NCBI GenBank assembly: GCA_965277715.1
Contig: OZ255836.1
Span: forward strand, 2,688,001-2,752,000
Length of the DNA stretch: 64,000 nt
Direction: 5' to 3'
From: Gammaproteobacteria bacterium
GTDB taxonomy: Bacteria > Pseudomonadota > Gammaproteobacteria > JBCCGL01
A model generated the notes under the pieces. That model saw only the letters and a list, made by a program, of their open reading frames with translations. It was not told the DNA's origin and did no database searches. The position numbers were made by a program, and so were the translations under genes. Each line of letters begins with the position of its first letter. The first letter of the stretch is position 1. This document shows positions 48,742 to 58,945 of the stretch, one piece after another.

Positions 48742-50100
48742 ATGAACACCTCCCAAACCAAAACCCCACCCAATCGACACTGCTTCAACGGCTACCAACA
48801 GACTACGTCCCCACAGCCGGACGCCATACTCACCCGCGTTGGCCCCAATACCCCCTGCGGTGAGTACCTGCGCCGTTACTGGCACCCCGTGGCTATTGCT
48901 GCCGATATAGGCGAGCAACCGAAATTGATTAAAGCACTCGGTGAGGAACTGGTGTTGTTTCGCGATAAAAGCGGGCAGATCGGCCTGGTACACAAGCACT
49001 GCCCACACCGCCGTGCATCATTGGAGTACGGTCACTGTGAACAACACGGTATTCGCTGTTGCTACCACGGCTGGCTATTTGATATCGACGGCACCATCCT
49101 GGAAATACCCAGCGAGCCGCCTGGGTTGAAGTTGGTTGAACGGGTACAGCAAACCGTGCGGCTGGGCGCCTATCCAACCCACGAGTTTCGCGGGCTGGTG
49201 TTTGCCTATCTCGGCCCACCGCAGGCACAGCCCGCTTTTCCACACTACGATGCCTACGATACAGCCGATATCACAATGTCGCCGTACCAGGCGCCATTCA
49301 ACTGCAATTGGCTGCAAGTGCTGGACGCCATCGTCGATCCGGCACACACGGCTTTTTTACACCACGATCAATTCACCGATGGATTTGGCGTGCTCGGCGA
49401 AATGGAGTTTTACCAGCGCGATGGGCAGCGCTACCTTGGTTCAGCCACGCGCCGTGTCGGTGATAATGTATGGGTGCGCGTCAACGAATTGATTCTGCCG
49501 AATTTCACCCAGTCGGGCGCCGCGTTTGCCACCGATGGCAGTAAAACCAAATTTTTTGGCCGCAGCGCTTTCACCCGCTGGGTGACACCACTGGACGATG
49601 AACACTGTGTCGCCTTCGCCTGGGGCAACTTTGGCGAGCGCGGTGACCCGCACCAATACAATACACCCGAGGGCATGCAATTGATTGAGCAGGGCGCCCC
49701 GGTCAACCGCCATTACGCGGAGGCGCAGCGCAACCCCGGCGATGTCGAGGCCGTTGAGGGAATGGGGCCAATCACCGATCACAGCGGCGAGCATTTGCTG
49801 ACAAGCGACCGGGGAATTGCGCTCTACCGCAAGCGGCTGCGCGAATTGTGCGCCGCCCTTGAACGTGGCGAGGCACCGCCCCAACCCGCCGACTTGTCCC
49901 CGGATGCAATACCCACCCACGGCAGCGATACGGTATTGCACAGCCCCTATAACGATGAATCTGACGGCGAAAAGCTGCGCCAGATTAACGATGACGTGAT
50001 GGCGGCAATATTCTCTGGCGACACACTGCGAGGTGAAGCGCGGGATACCGCGATCATTGAGCAACTTGCCGCCCTCAATAACAAATGGTCAACGGTGTAG
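48742..50100 (+). CDS. Rieske non-heme iron oxygenase alpha subunit (phthalate/vanillate oxygenase-like)
   Basis: VGP.TPCGE.LRRYW.P, CPHR..C.YHGW, D..VDPAH..FLH. Confidence 0.88.
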   Translation: MNTSQTKTPPNRHCFNGYQQTTSPQPDAILTRVGPNTPCGEYLRRYWHPVAIAADIGEQPKLIKALGEELVLFRDKSGQIGLVHKHCPHRRASLEYGHCEQHGIRCCYHGWLFDIDGTILEIPSEPPGLKLVERVQQTVRLGAYPTHEFRGLVFAYLGPPQAQPAFPHYDAYDTADITMSPYQAPFNCNWLQVLDAIVDPAHTAFLHHDQFTDGFGVLGEMEFYQRDGQRYLGSATRRVGDNVWVRVNELILPNFTQSGAAFATDGSKTKFFGRSAFTRWVTPLDDEHCVAFAWGNFGERGDPHQYNTPEGMQLIEQGAPVNRHYAEAQRNPGDVEAVEGMGPITDHSGEHLLTSDRGIALYRKRLRELCAALERGEAPPQPADLSPDAIPTHGSDTVLHSPYNDESDGEKLRQINDDVMAAIFSGDTLRGEARDTAIIEQLAALNNKWSTV

Positions 50101-50104
50101 CCCT

Positions 50105-51133
50105 ATGAGCGACGACACTAAAATTCGCGTGCATATAAAAAGCAACCGCCACGCGCCAGATACCTTTCCCAACACACCAGAGGGCGAGGCGGTTTTTACC
50201 ATTACCCCGGAACGCTATGCCACAGCGGCAAGCCACTACCCGGATGTCGCCAGGCACCTCGATGTATTTATCGACATGGACACCGACCACTGGGAAACCT
50301 CAATGCAAACCGCCGAGGTGCTGGTGTGCTGGAACCTGCCAACGGACAACCTCGCGGCAGTCGCGCCAAAACTCAAATGGATTCACATTATCGGTGCCGG
50401 TGTCGAACACCTCAACCCGATGAGCTGGCTACCAGCGGAGGTACAACTGGTTAACAACAAAGGGGTTCACGCCGCCAAGGCCGGGGAGTTCGGCGCGATG
50501 AGTTTGTTAATGCTGCACAGCCATATGCCAGCGATTGTCACTAATCAGCGCAGCGCCACCTATGCCTCGCTGTATTCAACACCTATTGCCGGGAAGACCG
50601 TTGCCGTGGTCGGTGTGGGCAGCATTGGCAAGGCGGTGGCAGCACAGGCTAAACGGCTTGGCCTGCATGTGCTGGGTGTCAGCCGTCATGGCAAGCCTGT
50701 GGCAGCGGTGGATGAGATGTACCCACAAACGCAGATCGACGCGGTGTTGCCACGCGCCGATTATGTATTTGTCGCGACCCCACTGACCACCGAAACACGC
50801 AATTTGTTCGACCGCCGCCGACTCGACTTGCTCAAGCCGGGTGCAGGCGTTGTCAATATTGGCCGCGCCGGGGTCATGGATTACCAGGCGCTAAGTGAAA
50901 AACTCATCGACGGCAGTATTGGTGGTGCGATACTGGACGTTTTCGATCCCGAGCCGCTGCCCGCCGACTCGCCCTATTGGCAGGTGCCTAATCTGATTGT
51001 CTGCCCGCATATCTCCGCTGATGATGGCAACGCCTATGTGCCGGACACATTGGACTTGTTTTTCAGAAATATGCAGTGTTACCTGTCGGGTGCGCCTCTA
51101 CTTAACCCGGTACGCCCTGCGCTGGGTTATTAA
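50105..51133 (+). CDS. D-2-hydroxyacid dehydrogenase family protein
   Basis: GAGVEH, GVGSIG, PLT.ET, NIGRA, LDVF.PEPLP, PHIS. Confidence 0.88.
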   Translation: MSDDTKIRVHIKSNRHAPDTFPNTPEGEAVFTITPERYATAASHYPDVARHLDVFIDMDTDHWETSMQTAEVLVCWNLPTDNLAAVAPKLKWIHIIGAGVEHLNPMSWLPAEVQLVNNKGVHAAKAGEFGAMSLLMLHSHMPAIVTNQRSATYASLYSTPIAGKTVAVVGVGSIGKAVAAQAKRLGLHVLGVSRHGKPVAAVDEMYPQTQIDAVLPRADYVFVATPLTTETRNLFDRRRLDLLKPGAGVVNIGRAGVMDYQALSEKLIDGSIGGAILDVFDPEPLPADSPYWQVPNLIVCPHISADDGNAYVPDTLDLFFRNMQCYLSGAPLLNPVRPALGY

Positions 51134-51452
51134 TGCATTTCCCGGGGGCTACGCAGAAAATTTTGTGGCGCACTGGCCATAAAGCTGGCGCAGTGAAACC
51201 CACGGGCACATGGGTATCCGTGTGTCAATAACCCATTCGCTGGCGGTTTTCCCCGGCTGGCATAAAGAAATTCCCGATACCATCATTTCAGGTAATAAGG
51301 CAGGTAATAAGGCTGTCACCCGCCACTTGTCATCGGGTACGCAGTGCGGCAAAAGTACACGTTCATTGTTTCTCATCTTTAGTCACACTACACTGCAATG
51401 GCCAGGCACAATTGGCTTTGGCTTTCTTAAATAAAATAATGAGGATATCGCT

Positions 51453-52382
51453 ATGAAAAACTGGCAACTCTCTGCTATCAGCAGTGTTGCAACGGTGGGC
51501 ATATTGCTCGGCGTGGTCACTCAGGCAAGTGGTACAGGCCTGACATCGTGGATGTCAGGAAAGAACCACAATCGCCTGATTCAAGTTCAAAACGAGGGCG
51601 GAATACAGGCAGATACCGGTGAGGTTGATGTCGCCTACTACTCCAACTCATCGTTCAGTATCACTTCGCCTAAAGGTATTTCGATTTTATTTGACCCCTG
51701 GCGCAACGACCCTTCCGGCGCATGGGGTTTGTGGTATCGGGTTGATTTCCCCAAGGCAGAAGTCGATATTGGTGTCTCATCCCACGCCCACTTCGACCAC
51801 GATGCACTCGATAAAATCGATGCCAATATGCTGCTCGACCGCATGTCGGGTAGATTTGAATTGGGCGATATCAAGATCTACGGTATCGTCGATAAACACC
51901 AGTGTGTCGCCCCCGGTATTGTGCCCTGGACAGAGGCCGTCAAGCAATTTGAAGGCCGCGAGCAAATCTGCGCACCCACCAACGCCCGCCATATGGACAA
52001 CACCCTCTACATCGTTGAAACCGGCGGTATGCGCTTTTTGATGTGGGGTGACAATCGCCCGGAACCGCCTCAGGAAGTGTGGGATAAAATTGGTAAGGTC
52101 GATGTAGTATTTGTGCCGGTAGATGGTTCAAAACATATTCTGGACTACCAGCAAGCCGATTCTGTCGTGGCTAAATCGGGTGCCAGCATTGCCATTCCCC
52201 ATCACTATCTGGTGCCGGAGACCACTTTCTACACCTCGACACTGCAACCGGCGACCGAATGGGTAAAAACGCACGATCACACCCTGCTGGATTCACCGTC
52301 TGTCACAATTAAGCAGGCAGACCTCGAAGGTAAGTCAGGGCATGTGTATTACTTTGGCTCCAACAACAAAGTGAAAATGTAG
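51453..52382 (+). CDS. Exported MBL-fold metallo-hydrolase
   Basis: Signal peptide, FDPW, SHAHFDHD, WGDNR, IPHHY. Confidence 0.82.
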   Translation: MKNWQLSAISSVATVGILLGVVTQASGTGLTSWMSGKNHNRLIQVQNEGGIQADTGEVDVAYYSNSSFSITSPKGISILFDPWRNDPSGAWGLWYRVDFPKAEVDIGVSSHAHFDHDALDKIDANMLLDRMSGRFELGDIKIYGIVDKHQCVAPGIVPWTEAVKQFEGREQICAPTNARHMDNTLYIVETGGMRFLMWGDNRPEPPQEVWDKIGKVDVVFVPVDGSKHILDYQQADSVVAKSGASIAIPHHYLVPETTFYTSTLQPATEWVKTHDHTLLDSPSVTIKQADLEGKSGHVYYFGSNNKVKM

Positions 52383-52441
52383 TATTCACCAGCGGGTGGT
52401 GGGGCATACCATCACCCGCACTCACTGAGGGCGTCGGCAAT

Positions 52442-53719
52442 ATGCAACGACAAAGCGCCTGGCTGCTGCGCACCCTAATACCGCTAGTATCATTGCTGGG
52501 CCTGTTATTGAGTCACAGCGCCAGCGCTCACTTTAATCTCAGCGTCAATATTCGCATAGTACATGTCGAGCACCTGCGCGATGGTATACGTGTTTATTTT
52601 CGTGTGCCAACCCCCTACCTGCTGGCAGATCGCTTGGGTGCACCGGATGCCGATGGCAACCGTGAAGCCGCACCTTACACATACAACCGCATCGAGAAGG
52701 GTGAGCTAATGCACTACATCGATTTCGATGCACTGCGCCTCGATCCGCTGGGTTTAGGCCATTTACTTGAGCGAGGCCATCACTTTACCGTCGACGAACA
52801 GCCGCTGGTGGGCACCGTTGAAGCTGTGCGGCTTTATACCGCTAAACAACAACCGGCCTTTGCAACACTCGACGAGGCACGCGCCGCCTTCGAGCGCCCG
52901 CCTGCACAGGCCGATGGCACAGACGTTTTTGTTGGCGATACTGTTAGTGACGTCATCATCCACTACGGTAGCGACGATACCGTTTATCAATACAGCGTAT
53001 CGAGCAGTCTCGATCCGGGGCTGAAAGATCAGGAGAAAACCGCCAACCTGATACTCGACCACTTTCCAGGGGGCACACGGGTGTACCGTGCCACCGGCCT
53101 GCTTGCCGAAGCCATCACCGTTAGCCGTTCAGCGTGGTTAGCCGCCTGGACATTTGTCACCGAGGGCGCCCGCCATATCCTTGAAGGCTACGACCATGTG
53201 TTATTTGTTATTTGCCTGATTATCGGTGCCACCACCAGCGCCGGGTTACTGTGGCGGGTAACCGGCTTTACACTCGGCCATAGTATCACCCTGGCAATGG
53301 GGTTTTTTGGCTGGGTGCCAGCCGCTGCATGGTTTATTCCCGCCATTGAAACGGGTATCGCCTTATCAATTATTTACGCCGCCGCAATGGCGTTGGCACA
53401 GCGTGAAGGCAACTCATCGTTTGCAGTAACAACCGCCATTGGTCTACTACACGGTTTGGGGTTTTCTTTTTTACTGCGTGAAATTCTACAAATAAATGCG
53501 CCTAATTTATGGCACAGCTTACTGGCGTTTAATATTGGCGTGGAAATGGGGCAGTTGGCTATTGTCATGCTGATCTGGCCACTGGTTTATTGTGTACAGA
53601 GATACTGGCAGCGTTATATGGTGCCATTGCGCTGGTTAATTGCCTTTCCCTGTATTGCTGTGGCAGGATTGTGGGTGGGAGAGCGAACGGTGCTGTTTTT
53701 TGATGCGGTTTACGGTTGA
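52442..53719 (+). CDS. HupE/UreJ-family membrane protein with an N-terminal periplasmic domain
   Basis: Signal ..ASAH; HILEGYDHVLF, FTLGHSITL, GLLHGLGF, FNIGVE.GQ. Confidence 0.85.
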   Translation: MQRQSAWLLRTLIPLVSLLGLLLSHSASAHFNLSVNIRIVHVEHLRDGIRVYFRVPTPYLLADRLGAPDADGNREAAPYTYNRIEKGELMHYIDFDALRLDPLGLGHLLERGHHFTVDEQPLVGTVEAVRLYTAKQQPAFATLDEARAAFERPPAQADGTDVFVGDTVSDVIIHYGSDDTVYQYSVSSSLDPGLKDQEKTANLILDHFPGGTRVYRATGLLAEAITVSRSAWLAAWTFVTEGARHILEGYDHVLFVICLIIGATTSAGLLWRVTGFTLGHSITLAMGFFGWVPAAAWFIPAIETGIALSIIYAAAMALAQREGNSSFAVTTAIGLLHGLGFSFLLREILQINAPNLWHSLLAFNIGVEMGQLAIVMLIWPLVYCVQRYWQRYMVPLRWLIAFPCIAVAGLWVGERTVLFFDAVYG

Positions 53720-53826
53720 TCGCTTTGCATTTAGGGTATTGGAAAAACAGTAAATATTGACAGGCTCAGCGTTGCCCATAAAGACCTGACCTGACCCGAA
53801 TACGCTAACGTTGACACGAGGTAACC

Positions 53827-54504
53827 ATGAGCTGGAAAACCGCCTATCGGTCTTTTTACTACGCCAATGCCGAACCACCAGAAGACATCAGCCTGCCGCC
53901 AGGGAAAACTGCGCTGCTGGTTATCGATATTCAAAATACCTACCTTGAAGCCAGGCAGGACAGTGATGAAAACGCCCGTTGGCAGCCTTTTTTTACCCGC
54001 ATGAATGATACGGTAATCCCCAATACCATCAGGTTGCTTGAGGATGCACGCCGCCGTGGCGTGGAGGTTATTTTTGCGCGCATAGCCTGCCTTAAAGAGG
54101 ATGGGCGCGACCGCTCACTCAGCCAGAAAAAGCCGGGGTTTAATTATCTGTTACTGCCAAAAGACAGGCAGGACAGCCAGCTTATTCCCGCGCTCGCGCC
54201 TCAGGGAGATGAAATCACCGTTCTGAAGACCACCGACAGTGCATTGACCGGCACCAACCTACGCTTGATTCTGCACAATATGGGAATCGAGCATGTCGTT
54301 GTCGCCGGGATTTTTACCGATCAGTGCGTGTCTTCAACGGTGCGTAGCCTGGCAGATGAAAGTTTTAATGTGCTGGTGGTGGATGACTGTTGTGCGGCGG
54401 CTACCGATACCCTGCACCAGCGTGAGCTGGAGATTATCAATATGATCTATTGCCATGTAGTGCAGCTTGATGAGTTGGTAACGTTTTATCCCCCGCTAAC
54501 CTAA
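53827..54504 (+). CDS. Isochorismatase-family cysteine hydrolase
   Basis: ALLVIDIQN, K..DSA, GIFTDQCVSSTVR. Confidence 0.88.
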   Translation: MSWKTAYRSFYYANAEPPEDISLPPGKTALLVIDIQNTYLEARQDSDENARWQPFFTRMNDTVIPNTIRLLEDARRRGVEVIFARIACLKEDGRDRSLSQKKPGFNYLLLPKDRQDSQLIPALAPQGDEITVLKTTDSALTGTNLRLILHNMGIEHVVVAGIFTDQCVSSTVRSLADESFNVLVVDDCCAAATDTLHQRELEIINMIYCHVVQLDELVTFYPPLT

Positions 54505-54600
54505 ACCCGATAGATCAGGAACCCGTCGGGGTCAGTTAGCCCACGGTAAATACGGTATAACGCACATTCACAAAACGGCAACAACACAGCGAGATACAAA

Positions 54601-55398
54601 GTGGAATCGATGCAGGCCTCTTCTCCCCCTTCTCTTGGCATTATCGGCGTAGGCCAGTTAGCGGATTACTGCCTGGCCGGTATGCGCCGTGGTGGCGACC
54701 AGCGCCGGGTGGTGCTCAGCCCACACAACCGCGCCAATGCGCAGGCTTTGGCAGAAAAATATGGGTGTGAAATTGCCGATAGCAATCAGGCCACGGTTGA
54801 GCAGGCTGATGTGGTGTTGCTGTCGACACGCCCGGAGAATACACCACAGGCCTTATCGGACCTCACCCTACATGCGGATCAACTACTTATCTCCGTGGTG
54901 GCCGGTGTGCCACTCGATGTATTAGTGCCACTTGCGGCGCCTGCCACTGTCGTGCGCAGCTTGCCTGTGTGCAGCGCAGAGGTAGGGATTGGCGGTATGC
55001 CACTGTACCCGGACAGCTCAAAAGCCAGAGCACTGCTGGGTACACTGGGCGAAATAGTGGTGATGGACGATGAAATCAGTTTCGACAAAATTGCCGTCAT
55101 CGGCTGTGCGATTGGCTGGTTTTTTCAACTCTTTGCCGAGCTACAGGACTGGATGGTCTCCACTGGCATTCCGCTGGAGCAGGCGCGTGCAATGGCCCTG
55201 CACAGCGCGCACGGTGCCAGTGGTCTGGCGCTGGCAAAACCGCAGATGGGCTTGTCTGAATTGGCCAACACCATTGCCCGCCCAGGAACCTATACGCTGG
55301 CCGGTATGCAGGTATTGCGTGAGCGGGGTGGGTTGCGTGCTATGCACGCGGCGTGTGATGAAGTGCAGCGCCGGTTTGATGAAGCAGGTGCGCCTTAG
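54601..55398 (+). CDS. Pyrroline-5-carboxylate reductase-like oxidoreductase
   Basis: GIIGVG, SVVAG, VVRSLP, PGTYT..G; divergent from canonical ProC. Confidence 0.75.
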   Translation: MESMQASSPPSLGIIGVGQLADYCLAGMRRGGDQRRVVLSPHNRANAQALAEKYGCEIADSNQATVEQADVVLLSTRPENTPQALSDLTLHADQLLISVVAGVPLDVLVPLAAPATVVRSLPVCSAEVGIGGMPLYPDSSKARALLGTLGEIVVMDDEISFDKIAVIGCAIGWFFQLFAELQDWMVSTGIPLEQARAMALHSAHGASGLALAKPQMGLSELANTIARPGTYTLAGMQVLRERGGLRAMHAACDEVQRRFDEAGAP

Positions 55399-55517
55399 AT
55401 AACCGTTTTATTGTTTGTGTGTAAACACTTATTGTAAGACGCTGTCATACGGTGTTATCATCAACGCTCAACGGCCCAATGATAAGGCTATCGCAAGCAC
55501 GGTATGAGGCAACACCC

Positions 55518-55778
55518 ATGAGAATCAATGCCAGGCTGGATAAAGCCACCGAACGTAAAGTGACTTACCTTAAAGAAGTCACACAACAAAGCCACACGAA
55601 CATCGTTAAGGACGCGATAGCGTTGTACTACCAAAACACTTACGCACAAACGGCGTATAAAATGCAATCCCTGCTGAGCAGTGATTTCATTGGTTGTGCG
55701 CAAGGCGATACCGATTTATCGACCGACTACAAAGACCACTTAGCTGACAGCCTGTCGCGCAAACATGATATTGACTGA
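55518..55778 (+). CDS. RHH/CopG-type antitoxin (VapB-like)
   Basis: MRINARLD..., FIGC..G..DLS..YK; overlaps the PIN gene. Confidence 0.8.
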   Translation: MRINARLDKATERKVTYLKEVTQQSHTNIVKDAIALYYQNTYAQTAYKMQSLLSSDFIGCAQGDTDLSTDYKDHLADSLSRKHDID

Positions 55779-56181
55779 TACCGGCTATTGGCTAGCCCTG
55801 GCCAATGCACGGGATAAATACCACACCCGGGCCATCGAAGTCAGCCGCGGGATTAACGACGAACTGCTGATTACCTGGCCAGTCATCACCGAAACCTGCC
55901 ATTTGTTAGCGCAGCGCCTATACCCAGGGGTAGCGGTAAAATTTCTCCACCAGGTTAAGCAGACAACCACTATTTTTGAGATAGACGATGAAGGGTTAAA
56001 CCGCTGCCAGGTGTTGATGTGTCACTACCTGGAGTTGCCGATGGATTTAGCGGATGCCTCGTTGGTATTGGCCGCAGAAGAATGGCGCGATGGGCGTATT
56101 CTCTCTACGGATAAAAGAGACTTTCAAACCTATCGATGGAAAAACAGCTACCCGTTTACCAATTTATTGTTAGCCGATTAG
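55765..56181 (+). CDS. PIN-domain toxin (VapC-like)
   Basis: ILTDTG..LA, VITE..HL, MDLADA, STD.RDF. Confidence 0.9.
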   Translation: MILTDTGYWLALANARDKYHTRAIEVSRGINDELLITWPVITETCHLLAQRLYPGVAVKFLHQVKQTTTIFEIDDEGLNRCQVLMCHYLELPMDLADASLVLAAEEWRDGRILSTDKRDFQTYRWKNSYPFTNLLLAD

Positions 56182-56341
56182 ATGGCAGTTTCATGGGCGA
56201 ATGAATGGCCGATTCGACGGGAACATGCAATCGAACACAGCGTTGCTTAATGGCGCAAAAACAACAAATTGAGGCGTGTTGTATTGTCATGGTACATCAA
56301 CCCCTGCAAGATAATCGCCATTCGTTTCAGGTCACTCAACG

Positions 56342-57523
56342 GTGAGGGTTAACAACGTGCTCTGTGAAAAAACCTTAACAGCCATCAATCAGCCAACCGC
56401 CAGCGCGACCGGCCTACCCAATCAGGCGTATACCGACGCGGCATTTTTTCTCGCTGAGCGCGACTCGGTATTTTCCAATAACTGGGCCTGCCTGGGGTTT
56501 GTCTCGGCAATGCCAGCAGCGGGCCACGCAGCACCTATCAACTTTCTGGGCCTGCCGCTGGTGGCCGTGCGTGACAGCGATAACACGCTGCGCATTTTCC
56601 ACAATGTATGCAGCCATCGCGGTCAATTGCTGGTCCACGAGGCCTGCAAAATGCGCGGTGGGCTGCGCTGCCCCTACCACGCCTGGAATTATGCGCCAGA
56701 CGGCGAGCTGCGCGGCACACCGCATATCGGTGGCACAGGCGTGCATGAAATCGCTGCTTTCAAACGTGAAAAGCACGGCCTCAAAGCGGTGCGTTCACGG
56801 GTTTGGCTAGGGATGGTATTTATCAATTTATCAGGTGATGCACCCGACTTCGACGATTATTTAAGCCCGCTAACGCAGCGTTGGGAGGCATTTTGTGGCG
56901 TGAGCGCACTGGGTGGTATCGGCACCGTAACCCGTAGTAAACCCCAGACGATGGAAGTGCAATCGAACTGGAAGCTGGCAGTAGAAAACTATTGCGAGTC
57001 GTACCACCTGCCCTGGGTACACCCTGAGCTGAACCGGGTGTCTAAGCTTGAAGACCATTACAATATTACCGTTGGCGACAACTTTGCCGGGCAGGGCAGC
57101 TACGCCTACACCCAAACAGGCGAGGCCGCCACCCTGCTACCGGTATTTGCCGACTGGCCACACGACAAAATCAAACAATCGGAATACCTGAGCTTTTACC
57201 CCAATGTGCTCCTCGGCCTGCACGCTGACCACGCCTTTGCCATGATTATCGAACCGCTGGCGCACAACCGTACCGCCGAGCACTGGCAGTTATTTTATGT
57301 CGACGAGCAGGCACGTGATGAGCGGTTTAGCACCACGCACACCGCGCTACTCGGGTTTTGGCGGGATGTGTTCAATGAGGATGTCGACGCCGTCGAAGGG
57401 CTGCAAAAAGGGCGCGATTCACCCGGTTTTCAGGGTGGCGCGTTTACCCCCGTGATGGATGTACCGACCCACCATTTTCACCGCTGGGTGGCCAATAATG
57501 TGACTACTGGAAACAAGGTATGA
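56342..57523 (+). CDS. Rieske oxygenase alpha subunit (choline monooxygenase/CntA-like group)
   Basis: NVCSHRG, CPYHAW, NWKLAVENYCESYHLPWVH, ED..VEGLQKG. Confidence 0.88.
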   Translation: MRVNNVLCEKTLTAINQPTASATGLPNQAYTDAAFFLAERDSVFSNNWACLGFVSAMPAAGHAAPINFLGLPLVAVRDSDNTLRIFHNVCSHRGQLLVHEACKMRGGLRCPYHAWNYAPDGELRGTPHIGGTGVHEIAAFKREKHGLKAVRSRVWLGMVFINLSGDAPDFDDYLSPLTQRWEAFCGVSALGGIGTVTRSKPQTMEVQSNWKLAVENYCESYHLPWVHPELNRVSKLEDHYNITVGDNFAGQGSYAYTQTGEAATLLPVFADWPHDKIKQSEYLSFYPNVLLGLHADHAFAMIIEPLAHNRTAEHWQLFYVDEQARDERFSTTHTALLGFWRDVFNEDVDAVEGLQKGRDSPGFQGGAFTPVMDVPTHHFHRWVANNVTTGNKV

Positions 57524-58932
57524 CAGCGGACCTTTCACTGGTCAACAAAACCGCCTGCGAGGTACTCGATCTACTGAACAGGGGCGAGGTATCGCCGCTG
57601 GATTTACTCGACACCCTAGAACAGCGCATCGATGCCGTCGATGGCAGTATTCACGCGCTACCCACCCTGTGCTTTGACCGCGCCCGCGAGCAGGCCCGCG
57701 CATTGATGAAAAAACCACTGGTGGCGCGTGGTGTGTTGCGCGGTATGCCACTCCCCATCAAAGACCTCGACGAGGTGGCCGGGGTGCGCACAACCTACGG
57801 TTCATCAATTTACCGCGAACATATCCCCACCACCTCAAACTACCTGGTGCAGCAACTGGAAAGCAATGGTGCATTGGTCTACGCCAAATCCAATACCCCG
57901 GAATTTGGCAGCGGCGCCCAGACCTTCAACGTCTTGTTCCCCACCACCTGCAACCCGCGCAATACGGCGCTGTCGGTCGCCGGTTCCTCGGGGGGCGCGG
58001 CGGCGGCGCTGGCCTCTGGCAGTGCCTGGTTGGCGCAGGGGTCTGATATGGCGGGGTCACTGCGCACCCCGGCGAGTTTTTGCGGTGTGGTTGGCATGCG
58101 GCCCTCGCCAGGGCGGGTGGTCGCCGGGCCGGGTAACGCGATGATTTTCGACGTGCTCTCCACCAGTGGGCCAATGGCGCGCACCGTCGAAGACACCGCA
58201 TTATTACTGGACGCCATGTGTGGGCGCAACCCCGGTGATCCACTGGTACAGTCCCGACCGGGCACCCCCTTTCGCACGGCGGCACAGCGGATTGAGAAAC
58301 CGCAAAAGATCGCTTTTAGTGCCGATCTGGGCATCAGCCCGCTAGACCCGGCGGTATCGGCAGTGTTTTCCCGTGCACTGGAAACCCTCGGCGCCGATGG
58401 CATCGAACTGATCGGCGCGTGCCCGGATTTCAGTGGCGTCCACGAGACATTTGGCGTGCTGCGTGCGCATAGCTACGCCGTGGGAATGGAGAGCCTACTA
58501 CGTGACCACCGCGATCAACTCAAGCCTGATAACGTGTGGAATATCGAGCGGGGGCTGGCCCTAACCGCCGCGCAGATTGCTGAGGCGCAACGCCAGCGCA
58601 GCGCACTTTTTTATCGCAGCAGTGAATTTATGCAAAGTGTCGATGCGTTGATATGCCCAACGGCCATCGTGCCCTCTTTTCCCCTGGAACAACGCTTTGT
58701 CGACGCCTGCAATGGCGTGACCTTTGACCACTACTACCACTGGCTGGCGCTGGTATATGCGATTACCCTGACCGCCCTGCCCGCCATCAGCATTCCCTGT
58801 GGAATCGCTGGCAATGGCATACCCATAGGCCTTCAGGTAATCGGTAAGGTCCAGGGTGAGGTGACATTGCTGAGCGTGGCGCGCTACCTGGAGACCTTGT
58901 TTGCTTTCGATACCACCCCTGTTACCCCGTGA
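57520..58932 (+). CDS. Amidase-signature family enzyme
   Basis: PIKD, KSNTPEFG, GSSGG, GSD.AGSLRTPASFCG. Confidence 0.92.
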   Translation: MTADLSLVNKTACEVLDLLNRGEVSPLDLLDTLEQRIDAVDGSIHALPTLCFDRAREQARALMKKPLVARGVLRGMPLPIKDLDEVAGVRTTYGSSIYREHIPTTSNYLVQQLESNGALVYAKSNTPEFGSGAQTFNVLFPTTCNPRNTALSVAGSSGGAAAALASGSAWLAQGSDMAGSLRTPASFCGVVGMRPSPGRVVAGPGNAMIFDVLSTSGPMARTVEDTALLLDAMCGRNPGDPLVQSRPGTPFRTAAQRIEKPQKIAFSADLGISPLDPAVSAVFSRALETLGADGIELIGACPDFSGVHETFGVLRAHSYAVGMESLLRDHRDQLKPDNVWNIERGLALTAAQIAEAQRQRSALFYRSSEFMQSVDALICPTAIVPSFPLEQRFVDACNGVTFDHYYHWLALVYAITLTALPAISIPCGIAGNGIPIGLQVIGKVQGEVTLLSVARYLETLFAFDTTPVTP

Positions 58933-58945
58933 CCCCGATTAACTG

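Noticed and set aside
51281-51313. CAGGTAATAAGG tandem duplication and ORFs 51149-51376 / 51210-51434
   Set aside because: Two-copy 12-mer only; the ORFs have no recognisable features
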